Shown: positions 23,233 to 35,300 of the stretch, piece by piece
How the letters are laid out: every line of letters starts with the position of its first letter
Numbering within the stretch: position 1 is the stretch's first letter
Assembly: GCA_043228905.1 (NCBI GenBank)
Contig: JBHGNT010000005.1
Span: 1,364,001 to 1,428,000 of the forward strand
Direction of reading: 5' to 3'
From: Azolla caroliniana
Taxonomy: Eukaryota; Plantae; Polypodiophyta
DNA: 64,000 nucleotides
The notes under the pieces: model-generated
What the model was told of the DNA's origin: nothing
The model's database searches: none
The model's input: the letters and a program-made list of their open reading frames with translations, nothing else
Made by a program: the position numbers and the translations under genes

Positions 23233-26200
23233 CTAACCGGACTGGTTTGTCGTTACGCCCATCTGATGCCGAAGGGACCGAAAGCGGTCTGCCGAAAGAC
23301 ACTTGGTCATTCCATCTGCGACATTGTCGGTTGTGGATATTTTCTCTAGACCGATTTTCCCTGAAATGACGCAGTCCCGAACGAAGTGATATCGAACGTC
23401 GATATGTTTGGAGGCGTTGTGGTGAACCGGATTTTTCGACAAGGCAACAGTACCTTGACTGTCGATGTAGATAACTGGGACCGAGTTATGGTCGACTTGT
23501 CGAAACGTGTGCGCCAGCCGACCGAGCCATAAAGCTTCTTTTGCAGCGTCGGACGCAGCTACATATTCGGCTTCGGTCGTTGAGGTCGCTGTGCACTCCT
23601 GAAGTTTCGACTTCCACGAGATTGCTCCATTGCCGAATTTGAAGCAGTATCCGGTTGTTGATTTCCGACTGTCTATGCAGCCGGCGAAGTCCGAGTCGGT
23701 GTAACCGACTACGCCTGAGGTTGAGTTCGGACCGAAAAGAATGCCGTGGTCTTTTGTGCCAGCCAGATATTTGAACACATGCTTGACTGCGTTCCAATGC
23801 GATCGGCCAGGATTGTGCATAAATCTGCTAACGACTCCTACGGCATGAGAAATATCAGGCCGTGTCGCGACCATCAGGTACATAAGGGAGCCGACTGCCG
23901 GTGCATACGGTACCGACTTCATATCTTCCCCCTCCGGACCGGATGTAGGGCAGTCTCGCTGAGAGAGCCGAAGATTCATGGGGAGCGGGGTTGAAGCAGA
24001 TTTGGCTGATTGCATGTTGAAGCGTTCCAAGACACGTCCGATATAGTCGGTCTGAGACAAAAAAAGATGTCGTTGATCGCGATGCCGACTAATCTTCATG
24101 CCAAGTATGTGTCGTGCCGGACCGAGGTCCTTCATGGCAAACTTCAACCGCAGTTGCCGAATGAGATCGGCAAGTTCGCCCGCGTGGCGTCCAGAAATTA
24201 GCATGTCGTCCACGTAAATGATGAGGAAGATGGGTGATCCATCTTGAGCTGTGTTGGTAAAAAGACAATGGTCCTCATCGCTTTTTGAGAAGCCGATCGA
24301 TTGGATGAAGTCGTCGAACTTCTTGTACCATTGTCGCGGTGCCTGTTTGAGGCCGTATAGACTCTTCCTGAGTCGGCAGACTAGATGTTCTTGGCCAGTT
24401 GCCACGAAGCCTTTTGGCTGCTCCATATAAATTTCCTCTTCAAGATCACCATGGAGGAATGCTGTTTTGACATCTAGCTGAATCAGCTCTAAGTTGTCGG
24501 CTGCCACTACGCCGAGTAGAAAACGAAGGGTTGTCATTTTCACCACTGGTGAAAAAATCTCGTCGAAGTCGACGCCATATTCTTGTCGGAAGCCCTTCGC
24601 AACTAATCTGGCCTTGTACTTTGGGGTGGTCGAATCAGACGTCTCTTTTAGTCGATAAACCCACTTGCAAGGAAGAGCACGTCGGTTCCTAGGTAATTCG
24701 ACCAGATCCCAAGTCTTGTTTGCCCGAATGGAGTGCATTTCCGACTCCATCGCCAGATGCCAGGTGGCGGAATCGACAGATGTCGATGCTTCTTCGTAAG
24801 ACGTCGGTTCGCCGGCGTCGGTGAAGAAAATTCCAGGAGAATACCTCTCCGGAGGTTGCGACAGTCTCTCGGATCGTCGAGGTATGATTGGACTGGTCGC
24901 ATCGGGTATCGAGTTCGGATGGTCCGAAAGCGGACTATTCTGCTGTGCCGAGTCGGAGTTGTCCGAGTCAGTAGTGTAAGGTTCAGCTACCCGTGAAGCT
25001 GACCGTGTGTTAAGAGCGGGGCCTTCTTGAAGGGTCGGCACATCGGAAAATGTTACCCTTCGGACTTCGATCGGTGTTTCGACTGATGGAGTCATAGCCG
25101 ACTCGTTGAACACAACGTCCGAACTTCGAACGATTTGTCTGCGTTCGGGGTCCCAGAGTCGGTATCCCATTTCGCCGTCTGATCCATATCCAAGGAAAAT
25201 GCATTTCCTGGACCGAGGTGCAAGTTTTTGGCGATCATCTTTCGGAATAAGGGCGTACGCCTCGCATCCGAAGATCCTCAGCTTGTCGTAATTCGGCTTA
25301 CTGCCGATCCATAGTTCCTGAGGAATTTGAAGTCCTAGAGGTCTGCTTGGCGACATATTGATTATGTGTACTGCCGTGAGTAGCGCCTCTGCCCAGAAGC
25401 CATCCGACAGTCCGGAGTGTTGGAGCATGGAAATTATCCGTTCTTGGATTGTCCGATTCATGCGTTCGGCAATCCCGTTTTGCTCCGGACTGTGTGGTGC
25501 CGTAAATTCACGTCGGATGCCGCGTTGTCGGCAGAATTTGACGAATTCTTCTGATTTGAACTCTCCCCCATTGTCTGTCCGAAAGCATTTCAGTTTTCGG
25601 TCGGTTTGATTTTCTACCATAGCGAGCCAATCTGAGAAGATCGAGAAGACCCGATCTTTGGTGCGAATCGGATAAGCCCACACCTTTCGAGTCGAATCGT
25701 CAATAAAAGTGACGAAGTAAGAGGCACCGCCGAGAGACTGATGCGGCATTGGGCCACAGACGTCCGAGTGGACTAAGTCGAGAGGTCTCGTGTCTCTTGG
25801 TGCTGATGTCGGGTGTGTTGCGGCTGCTTGTTTGCCATACTGGCAATGTTCGCAAAATTGATGGTCCGAGAAGGAGAGTTTAGGGATGTATCCGGCTCTA
25901 GATAGATGCGTAATGCCGGCCTTGCTGAGGTGTCCTAATCTTCTGTGCCATAGTGATGACACAGGAATATCCACCAAAAACAGGTTACCCTCTCTGAGCG
26001 TAACATGTAACGGATACAGTGAGTGTATCTTGGGTCCTCTGGCAAGCAGGAGGTTCCCCCTGTGGAGTGTCCACCCTCCCGAAGAGAAACCGGCACGAAT
26101 GCCGTCTTCATCTAGTTGTCCGACTGAGATCAATGGCCTTGAGAGCTCGGGTACATGTCGGACATTGTGAAGTACAAGTGTAGAGCCACCTGTAAGGTTG

Positions 26201-27591
26201 AGCTCTACTGTGCCGATTCCAATGATGTCATAGTGTTGCGAGTTGCCGACTCGAACTGAGTCGGAGTGACGGATCGTATATTGCCGAAATTGGGATCGAT
26301 GAGGAGTCATGTGAAATGACGCGCCCGAATCTAAGAGCCATGTGCTCGATTCTTCAGTCGTGAGCAGAACTTCTGATCCGACTGGATTTTCGATTGATAG
26401 TATATTCGGGTCGTTTGGTAGCACATCAGCTGAGAAGCTGACGTAATTGATCTCCTCATGCCGGCCACTCTTCTTGTCTGATTTCTGAGACTTGTCGTTC
26501 TTGTTCTTGAGTGCGCGGCAGTCGGCTTTGATGTGTCCGGGTTTCTTGCAGTAGTTGCAGATTCGGTTATCCCGTGACTGGCTCCGTCTTCGCTGATTGT
26601 TCGGCGGTCGTGAGGAATCTCTTCCTCGTATGTTCGATCGGTCTGTCGAACCTTGTACTACATAAGCGTCGTCTGTTGAGTCTTTGGCGAAAGACTTTCT
26701 CCGAGCTGCTTCGGTCAGGATTGCGCTCGTGACTTCGGAGTATTTGACAGCCGTGGTTGACGCGTTGCACACGGTTGTGACGAAAGTTTCCCATGATGAG
26801 GGAAGGCTACTCATGAGTATCATTGCTCTGAGTTCATCCTCGATTGCCGTCCCCTGAGATGAGATTTGGGAGCTTATGCTTTCGTACTCATTAAGGTGTG
26901 CTTGAACCGAATCAGATTCTTTCATCCGCAAGTTGTAGAGACGCCGGATCAGAAACATCTTCGTTGCGGCGACCTTCTTTTCGANNNNNNNNNNNNNNNN
27001 NNNNNNNNNNNNNNNNNNNNNNNNNNNNNNNNNNNNNNNNNNNNNNNNNNNNNNNNNNNNNNNNNNNNNNNNNNNNNNNNNNNNAGACGCGTTGCACACG
27101 GTTGTGACGAAAGTTTCCCATGATGAGGGAAGGCTACTCATGAGTATCATTGCTCTGAGTTCATCCTCGATTGCCGTCCCCTGAGATGAGATTTGGGAGC
27201 TTATGCTTTCGTACTCATTAAGGTGTGCTTGAACCGAATCAGATTCTTTCATCCGCAAGTTGTAGAGACGCCGGATCAGAAACATCTTCGTTGCGGCGAC
27301 CTTCTTTTCGTAAGTGTCCGACAGTGTTTTCCACAGTTCGAATGCTGTCGTACACGATTGCACCGTAAAATATACCGATTCCGATAGGTGCATCCGAATC
27401 GTGGCGCGGACGATTCTGTCCAGCTTCTGCCACTCAATTGGTTTGTATCCTTCTGGAGGTTCTTCATTTTCGATGGGATCGATTTGCCCCTTGACTATGA
27501 GATAGTCCTGCATTTGCTCCTTCCAGAAGTTAAAGTTCGATCCATCGAACTTTCGTAGACTCATTTCTGACGAGCCGGATGTTGATGCCAT
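23233..27591 (-). CDS. Copia Gag-Pol polyprotein (~1343 aa after removing the gap artefact)
   Basis: Zinc knuckle CNYCKKPGHIKADC, protease DSGAS, integrase WHRRLGH...CEHC / HSDVCGP / TDNGGE / QNGIAER, RT LDVKTAFL / YVDD and RNase H YTDSD...SKHIDVRYH. No stop codons. Confidence 0.97.
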   Translation of the reverse strand: MASTSGSSEMSLRKFDGSNFNFWKEQMQDYLIVKGQIDPIENEEPPEGYKPIEWQKLDRIVRATIRMHLSESVYFTVQSCTTAFELWKTLSDTYEKKVAATKMFLIRRLYNLRMKESDSVQAHLNEYESISSQISSQGTAIEDELRAMILMSSLPSSWETFVTTVCNASXXXXXXXXXXXXXXXXXXXXXXXXXXXXXXXXXXEKKVAATKMFLIRRLYNLRMKESDSVQAHLNEYESISSQISSQGTAIEDELRAMILMSSLPSSWETFVTTVCNASTTAVKYSEVTSAILTEAARRKSFAKDSTDDAYVVQGSTDRSNIRGRDSSRPPNNQRRRSQSRDNRICNYCKKPGHIKADCRALKNKNDKSQKSDKKSGRHEEINYVSFSADVLPNDPNILSIENPVGSEVLLTTEESSTWLLDSGASFHMTPHRSQFRQYTIRHSDSVRVGNSQHYDIIGIGTVELNLTGGSTLVLHNVRHVPELSRPLISVGQLDEDGIRAGFSSGGWTLHRGNLLLARGPKIHSLYPLHVTLREGNLFLVDIPVSSLWHRRLGHLSKAGITHLSRAGYIPKLSFSDHQFCEHCQYGKQAAATHPTSAPRDTRPLDLVHSDVCGPMPHQSLGGASYFVTFIDDSTRKVWAYPIRTKDRVFSIFSDWLAMVENQTDRKLKCFRTDNGGEFKSEEFVKFCRQRGIRREFTAPHSPEQNGIAERMNRTIQERIISMLQHSGLSDGFWAEALLTAVHIINMSPSRPLGLQIPQELWIGSKPNYDKLRIFGCEAYALIPKDDRQKLAPRSRKCIFLGYGSDGEMGYRLWDPERRQIVRSSDVVFNESAMTPSVETPIEVRRVTFSDVPTLQEGPALNTRSASRVAEPYTTDSDNSDSAQQNSPLSDHPNSIPDATSPIIPRRSERLSQPPERYSPGIFFTDAGEPTSYEEASTSVDSATWHLAMESEMHSIRANKTWDLVELPRNRRALPCKWVYRLKETSDSTTPKYKARLVAKGFRQEYGVDFDEIFSPVVKMTTLRFLLGVVAADNLELIQLDVKTAFLHGDLEEEIYMEQPKGFVATGQEHLVCRLRKSLYGLKQAPRQWYKKFDDFIQSIGFSKSDEDHCLFTNTAQDGSPIFLIIYVDDMLISGRHAGELADLIRQLRLKFAMKDLGPARHILGMKISRHRDQRHLFLSQTDYIGRVLERFNMQSAKSASTPLPMNLRLSQRDCPTSGPEGEDMKSVPYAPAVGSLMYLMVATRPDISHAVGVVSRFMHNPGRSHWNAVKHVFKYLAGTKDHGILFGPNSTSGVVGYTDSDFAGCIDSRKSTTGYCFKFGNGAISWKSKLQECTATSTTEAEYVAASDAAKEALWLGRLAHTFRQVDHNSVPVIYIDSQGTVALSKNPVHHNASKHIDVRYHFVRDCVISGKIGLEKISTTDNVADGMTKCLSADRFRSLRHQMGVTTNQSG
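26985..27084. other. 100-N scaffold gap with a 225-bp unmerged contig overlap
   Basis: 26759-26983 is repeated at 27086-27310, and each contig end carries one extra non-matching A. Confidence 0.95.
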
Positions 27592-28563
27592 CAGATTCGG
27601 TTTCGGTTGACGAAGCTCGGTTCGGAGTTGACTACGAACCTTGTTGGAGTGCAGCCGGTTGGCTCACCCGATATCGTTCTAGTCGGATTTGAACCCGAGT
27701 CGGTTCGGCTTCGGATATATATATTGTTGAACTTGCTCAAATTGACTCCGGTAACTTGAGGGACAGAACCGACTGGTCTTCCCGAATGTTGCCGAGTCGG
27801 AGTGAGCCCGGTTCGCTTCCGAATATATATGCCAAATGCCGATTATTGAAACCGATTGTCTGGACCGATTCTGCTTCGGGTGACTGCAGCGACGAGAGAG
27901 ACGGATCCAACTGATCCTCCCGAATGTCGATCAGCCGGATGAAGCACGAATTGGGGTTGTTGTCTTGAGACCGATCTGCACCGAGTGGTTACAATGAGCG
28001 GCGAGCAGCGTTTGATGACCTCTTCGGATGTCGTTTAACCGAGTGGAGCACGATCGTGTCAATGTTGCACAAGGGGATTTCACCTCGAGCGGTTACGATC
28101 ACAAGGAACAGAGTACAACCTGCTGGCTTACTCCAAGCGAAGATGATCTAACGCGATGAGATGCAAGCCTCGTTTTTTTTTTCTTCTCTCTTCTTCGAAT
28201 GGCGCAGGAAACCGAATGCTGTGCAGGCTGAGACGACGGCCGACAGCGGGATGAAGGACCGAATACTGTGCAGGCTCTGATACCAGATGTTGGAGACAAA
28301 GGTCGTCAATGCGGAAGATCTGATAGCATTCGATTGGAGTTGAATACCTGCGTATGACAGTTTGTAGATCGTGCACCGAGATGGAGAGAGAGAGAGAGAG
28401 AGAGGCACAAGAAGACTCTTTATTCCAATAGACAAGAATAATACAACCAACCTTACAAAAGGGTTACAAGGTCACTATATATAGTGACCAACTTAGGGCA
28501 ACTACCATTTATGCTAATTACACAAATGGCCCAGACTTGATCTATAGGAAGGGATAGTGTGAA

Positions 28564-31500
28564 TACTGCAAGAAACCCGGACACATCAAAGCCGACTGCC
28601 GCGCACTCAAGAACAAGAACGACAAGTCTCAGAAATCAGACAAGAAGAGTGGCCGGCATGAGGAGATCAATTACGTCAGCTTCTCAGCTGATGTGCTACC
28701 AAACGACCCGAATATACTATCAATCGAAAATCCAGTCGGATCAGAAGTTCTGCTCACGACTGAAGAATCGAGCACATGGCTCTTAGATTCGGGCGCGTCA
28801 TTTCACATGACTCCTCATCGATCCCAATTTCGGCAATATACGATCCGTCACTCCGACTCAGTTCGAGTCGGCAACTCGCAACACTATGACATCATTGGAA
28901 TCGGCACAGTAGAGCTCAACCTTACAGGTGGCTCTACACTTGTACTTCACAATGTCCGACATGTACCCGAGCTCTCAAGGCCATTGATCTCAGTCGGACA
29001 ACTAGATGAAGACGGCATTCGTGCCGGTTTCTCTTCGGGAGGGTGGACACTCCACAGGGGGAACCTCCTGCTTGCCAGAGGACCCAAGATACACTCACTG
29101 TATCCGTTACATGTTACGCTCAGAGAGGGTAACCTGTTTTTGGTGGATATTCCTGTGTCATCACTATGGCACAGAAGATTAGGACACCTCAGCAAGGCCG
29201 GCATTACGCATCTATCTAGAGCCGGATACATCCCTAAACTCTCCTTCTCGGACCATCAATTTTGCGAACATTGCCAGTATGGCAAACAAGCAGCCGCAAC
29301 ACACCCGACATCAGCACCAAGAGACACGAGACCTCTCGACTTAGTCCACTCGGACGTCTGTGGCCCAATGCCGCATCAGTCTCTCGGCGGTGCCTCTTAC
29401 TTCGTCACTTTTATTGACGATTCGACTCGAAAGGTGTGGGCTTATCCGATTCGCACCAAAGATCGGGTCTTCTCGATCTTCTCAGATTGGCTCGCTATGG
29501 TAGAAAATCAAACCGACCGAAAACTGAAATGCTTTCGGACAGACAATGGGGGAGAGTTCAAATCAGAAGAATTCGTCAAATTCTGCCGACAACGCGGCAT
29601 CCGACGTGAATTTACGGCACCACACAGTCCGGAGCAAAACGGGATTGCCGAACGCATGAATCGGACAATCCAAGAACGGATAATTTCCATGCTCCAACAC
29701 TCCGGACTGTCGGATGGCTTCTGGGCAGAGGCGCTACTCACGGCAGTACACATAATCAATATGTCGCCAAGCAGACCTCTAGGACTTCAAATTCCTCAGG
29801 AACTATGGATCGGCAGTAAGCCGAATTACGACAAGCTGAGGATCTTCGGATGCGAGGCGTACGCCCTTATTCCGAAAGATGATCGCCAAAAACTTGCACC
29901 TCGGTCCAGGAAATGCATTTTCCTTGGATATGGATCAGACGGCGAAATGGGATACCGACTCTGGGACCCCGAACGCAGACAAATCGTTCGAAGTTCGGAC
30001 GTTGTGTTCAACGAGTCGGCTATGACTCCATCAGTCGAAACACCGATCGAAGTCCGAAGGGTAACATTTTCCGATGTGCCGACCCTTCAAGAAGGCCCCG
30101 CTCTTAACACACGGTCAGCTTCACGGGTAGCTGAACCTTACACTACTGACTCGGACAACTCCGACTCGGCACAGCAGAATAGTCCGCTTTCGGACCATCC
30201 GAACTCGATACCCGATGCGACCAGTCCAATCATACCTCGACGATCCGAGAGACTGTCGCAACCTCCGGAGAGGTATTCTCCTGGAATTTTCTTCACCGAC
30301 GCCGGCGAACCGACGTCTTACGAAGAAGCATCGACATCTGTCGATTCCGCCACCTGGCATCTGGCGATGGAGTCGGAAATGCACTCCATTCGGGCAAACA
30401 AGACTTGGGATCTGGTCGAATTACCTAGGAACCGACGTGCTCTTCCTTGCAAGTGGGTTTATCGACTAAAAGAGACGTCTGATTCGACCACCCCAAAGTA
30501 CAAGGCCAGATTAGTTGCGAAGGGCTTCCGACAAGAATATGGCGTCGACTTCGACGAGATTTTTTCACCAGTGGTGAAAATGACAACCCTTCGTTTTCTA
30601 CTCGGCGTAGTGGCAGCCGACAACTTAGAGCTGATTCAGCTAGATGTCAAAACAGCATTCCTCCATGGTGATCTTGAAGAGGAAATTTATATGGAGCAGC
30701 CAAAAGGCTTCGTGGCAACTGGCCAAGAACATCTAGTCTGCCGACTCAGGAAGAGTCTATACGGCCTCAAACAGGCACCGCGACAATGGTACAAGAAGTT
30801 CGACGACTTCATCCAATCGATCGGCTTCTCAAAAAGCGATGAGGACCATTGTCTTTTTACCAACACAGCTCAAGATGGATCACCCATCTTCCTCATCATT
30901 TACGTGGACGACATGCTAATTTCTGGACGCCACGCGGGCGAACTTGCCGATCTCATTCGGCAACTGCGGTTGAAGTTTGCCATGAAGGACCTCGGTCCGG
31001 CACGACACATACTTGGCATGAAGATTAGTCGGCATCGCGATCAACGACATCTTTTTTTGTCTCAGACCGACTATATCGGACGTGTCTTGGAACGCTTCAA
31101 CATGCAATCAGCCAAATCTGCTTCAACCCCGCTCCCCATGAATCTTCGGCTCTCTCAGCGAGACTGCCCTACATCCGGTCCGGAGGGGGAAGATATGAAG
31201 TCGGTACCGTATGCACCGGCAGTCGGCTCCCTTATGTACCTGATGGTCGCGACACGGCCTGATATTTCTCATGCCGTAGGAGTCGTTAGCAGATTTATGC
31301 ACAATCCTGGCCGATCGCATTGGAACGCAGTCAAGCATGTGTTCAAATATCTGGCTGGCACAAAAGACCACGGCATTCTTTTCGGTCCGAACTCAACCTC
31401 AGGCGTAGTCGGTTACACCGACTCGGACTTCGCCGGCTGCATAGACAGTCGGAAATCAACAACCGGATACTGCTTCAAATTCGGCAATGGAGCAATCTCG

Positions 31501-32381
31501 TGGAAGTCGAAACTTCAGGAGTGCACAGCGACCTCAACGACCGAAGCCGAATATGTAGCTGCGTCCGACGCTGCAAAAGAAGCTTTATGGCTCGGTCGGC
31601 TGGCGCACACGTTTCGACAAGTCGACCATAACTCGGTCCCAGTTATCTACATCGACAGTCAAGGTACTGTTGCCTTGTCGAAAAATCCGGTTCACCACAA
31701 CGCCTCCAAACATATCGACGTTCGATATCACTTCGTTCGGGACTGCGTCATTTCAGGGAAAATCGGTCTAGAGAAAATATCCACAACCGACAATGTCGCA
31801 GATGGAATGACCAAGTGTCTTTCGGCAGACCGCTTTCGGTCCCTTCGGCATCAGATGGGCGTAACGACAAACCAGTCCGGTTAGAGCCGGACGCAACGCA
31901 GGATGGTTTCCGACAACCGGCATCAGTTCCTTAACGATCGGCTTCAACTCTTCCGACCCGACCAGTTCGGTCTTCTGCCTTCGGACCCTGCCGACTCGAA
32001 CAAAACTGATATGTCCGAGAACCTAGGTTTATACCTGTAATCTTAGATAACCCATGTATACGCCCATTACGGGGGAGTGTCGAATACAAGTGTATAATGG
32101 ACGTATTCACACTATCCCTTCCTATAGATCAAGTCTGGGCCATTTGTGTAATTAGCATAAATGGTAGTTGCCCTAAGTCGGTCACTATATATAGTGACCT
32201 TGTAACCCTTTTGTAAGGTTGGTTGTATTATTCTTGTCTATTGGAATAAAGAGTCTTCTTGTGCCTCTCTCTCTCTCTCTCTCTCCATCTCGGTGCACGA
32301 TCTACAAACTGTCATACGCAGGTATTCAACTCCAATCGAATGCTATCAGATCTTCCGCATTGACGACCTTTGTCTCCAACA
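28564..32381 (+). mobile_element. Ty1/copia copy 2, 5'-truncated (zinc knuckle to 3' LTR), inverted relative to copy 1
   Basis: Reverse complement of 22736-26553: mirrored coordinates sum to 55117 and the translated ORFs are identical. The frame is open 28564-31884 but has no ATG before the protease DSG. PPT 32071-32077; LTR 32078-32381. Confidence 0.97.
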
Positions 32382-35300
32382 CCCACATGATTAACTCCTT
32401 CCGGGTGGCCCCATGCCCTATTGGTGCAGACCATAGCTTCCTATACTTTGAGCTAAAATGTGACACCTCCAACGCCACCAACTCTAATCAACCAAACCAT
32501 CACACCACAATGCTTTCACACATGAGCTCTCTAACATCTACTCCTAACATGTTCAAGCCCATCTCTCCTCTCTTGATTCTTCCTTGCCTTTAGAGAACCT
32601 CACTCCAGAACCACACATCCTTCACTCAGCATCAATTAGTAGCTTCCCATACACGAAACACTCCAATCAAAGTAGAATAGGGTATATGCCACATAATAGG
32701 TGGTATGGTGAGGATTGTAGAGACTTGTATAAACAACTTAAATTGTCGCGACTTAATGGTACTATTTCCTCAGTACAGGCTCACAAAGAGATGCGCAAGA
32801 TGACACGTCGTGAAAGACAAGCTTGGGAAGCATCTCAATATTGGGAACTCCACCACATGCACATGAGTAGGGACTACGCGCTTGCATGGAAGAGACTACG
32901 AACGGAGACCACAAACACCCATCGAGGATCCCAACACTTGACACACATATACAGAGAAACTCTCGCACGTCCCGAACCAACCACCCATTCCAATGCCTTC
33001 CACACCTCGACCTATCACGGGGACACTTTTCACGACCTCTAGGGTCATGAAGGTCATAAAAATATTACAACATAGGAAGTCCATGGACCACACAGGATTA
33101 CGAGCCGAACACATCATATATGCTCGAGAGTGCCTAGCTCCTTTTCTCACTCTAATCTTCAACCGTGCCCTCGCCGAGGGTTTTCCACCTCAACGGACCA
33201 TGAACATAGTGGCCCCTATACATAAAGGAGGGGACCTAATGGACCCAAATACATATAGGACCATTATGATAGGTCATACGCTCGCTAAATTATATGGTGC
33301 AATAATGGAAGCAAAGCTCAGCGATATGGAAACCGTAAGTCTTTGAGCACTTGAGCAAGCTGGCTTTAGACGAGCATTCTCCACTATTGATGCTTAATTG
33401 ACCAGACGAAGGCTCGCAATAAGAAATTATATTGTTGCTTTGTGCAAAGCCTCTTTTGACACAGTTCCTAGGGAGCGATTGTTTGATAGGATTAAAAGCT
33501 TGAAGATACCAAATGACATTATATGGGCCATCTATGCTCTATATGAGCAAGTCTTTGTGTTCGTAAGATGCCTAGATGGCCTATCTGATTGCTTCACCAA
33601 CACCATTGGTGTAAAACAGGGTTGTCCCCTATCCCCGACTCTTTTTGGGATCTACATTGACGAGATCACTTATTTTATTGCTCGTAAGGGAGGCAACGGA
33701 GTAGCCATTAGGGGTACGCAAGTTAGTCTCTTACTCTACGCAGACGACATAGTTTTGCTCTCAGAGTCTGAACACGACCTACAAAAGCACCTTAATGCCC
33801 TAGATGACTTTTCCACACAACGAGGACTGGTATTGAATCTAGCGAAAACTAAAGTCCTTATCTTTCATACATTGTCTCGAGTTAGGAGTAAATGTCACCT
33901 AATCCTCTCTCATAAATCAATTGAGGTAGTTGGATCCTATGTATATCTGGGAGTCACTTTTAGTGCTCGTTCAGGTAAATTCTCGATGATCCAAGCAGCC
34001 AAAGATAGGCTAACGAGAGGGTATGCATCCCTCTCACTCTTAGAGAGACAATGCCACCAAGCATACTTCAAGAGTCACGGACTAAGGGATGGTTCTTCGA
34101 CTCATTGGTGACCCTTTCCCTCATGTATGCATCAGTAGTCTAGGCTCCATGTCTACCATCTTTCATGTGGACGCAATTAGAGAGACCTTTGGTGACGATG
34201 TTATCACTTCAACTCCGAGCAAATCGACAATACCACATGACATTATTAGAGTAGAGTTCAATTTGCCCCCGATATTAGTAGAAGCAATTTTCCAACTGGT
34301 AATTTTTATTCATAGGATACATAGCCAACCGCAAGATAGGTTATCCCGTCAAGCTTGCATCCTGATCCCTATATGCGTCCGGAGATACTAGCTCTTGGTA
34401 TAGCATTGTAGTGAGTTGGTTACTTGCAAATGGCATAGACATTAATAACTTACCTCCCCTCAGCACAACCATGGGACTAATCAAACTTTAATCTCTCATG
34501 AGGACCGTAATAAAGTAATACGCCAAGAAATATGGCAAATTTACACCCGATATAAATGGATCACCCCACGAGAGCCACTCCCATCTAAAATGTTGTACTA
34601 TAAGGAACACTTGATGCACTTCTCTAAGTTAGGTTTTATTACATGACCAAAATATCTAGAGATACATTCTTATCAAATGCACTAAGGGTGGTTATTAGAC
34701 AACTTAAGATATCATCTCACCAACTTGAGATTGAGAATGGTCGTGCTAATAGAGTCACATAGAGATAGAGGATGAGTATCACGTTACATGCAAGTGTCCA
34801 ACTTATGCCGAGATAAGGGCGGAATACCAAGACATATTAGGACCCTCTCCAAACTATTAGATACACCGGATATAAAGAGACTAGGTAGGTATGTCTTAGA
34901 GCTAAAACAACATAAGGAGAATAAACTACAAAGTGTTAACCATAACCTTTTTAATATTCACCAACATGTAGCTTATGTAATTTTTCAGGAACAAGGGGAG
35001 ACAATGAATGTAGACACACCGACACCACTCGGCCTCTCTCTTGATGAATCAGAAATGCAAAGAACAACCAGATGCCCTCGGATGTCGGGCTTCAAAGCAA
35101 CTCGACGTGGAGTAGAAACAATTAAGAAGATAAGGGAACGTGAGCTACGCCTCCTAGAAGCTATGGTTGGGGTACCTTTTACATTGGGACCATGGCCACA
35201 CCACATCGAAACCCTTTGACCTCCCGCTTCTTTTCGAGAGACTTTGATGGAAATGAAACTAGGCCTAGTAGAAAGCCATCGAACATGTTTTTTACTAGAA

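Larger units (their letters stand above)
22736..28566 (-). mobile_element. Young Ty1/copia LTR retrotransposon (Tnt1/Tork-like), copy 1
   Basis: 3' LTR 22736-23039 (304 bp, TG...CA on the minus strand). PPT (GGGGGAG on minus) at 23040-23046. PBS TGGTATCAGAGC (tRNA-iMet) at 28274-28285. 5' LTR 28288-28566 lacks its first 25 bp. I see one substitution between the two LTRs. Confidence 0.97.

Noticed and set aside
26759-27310. Apparent internal duplication of the gag domain in the 1452-aa ORF
   Set aside because: Identical 225-bp sequences abut a round 100-N gap. This is an unmerged contig overlap, and the frame is preserved by coincidence (327 nt).
23486-31631. Many short antisense and alternate-frame ORFs in the copia copies
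   Set aside because: Shadow ORFs of GC-balanced coding DNA, mirrored by the inverted repeat, with no motifs.
22731-32386. Whole palindrome as a single integrated fold-back cDNA
   Set aside because: That would leave a 5-bp TSD. The flanks are catat and cccac and belong to different repeats.
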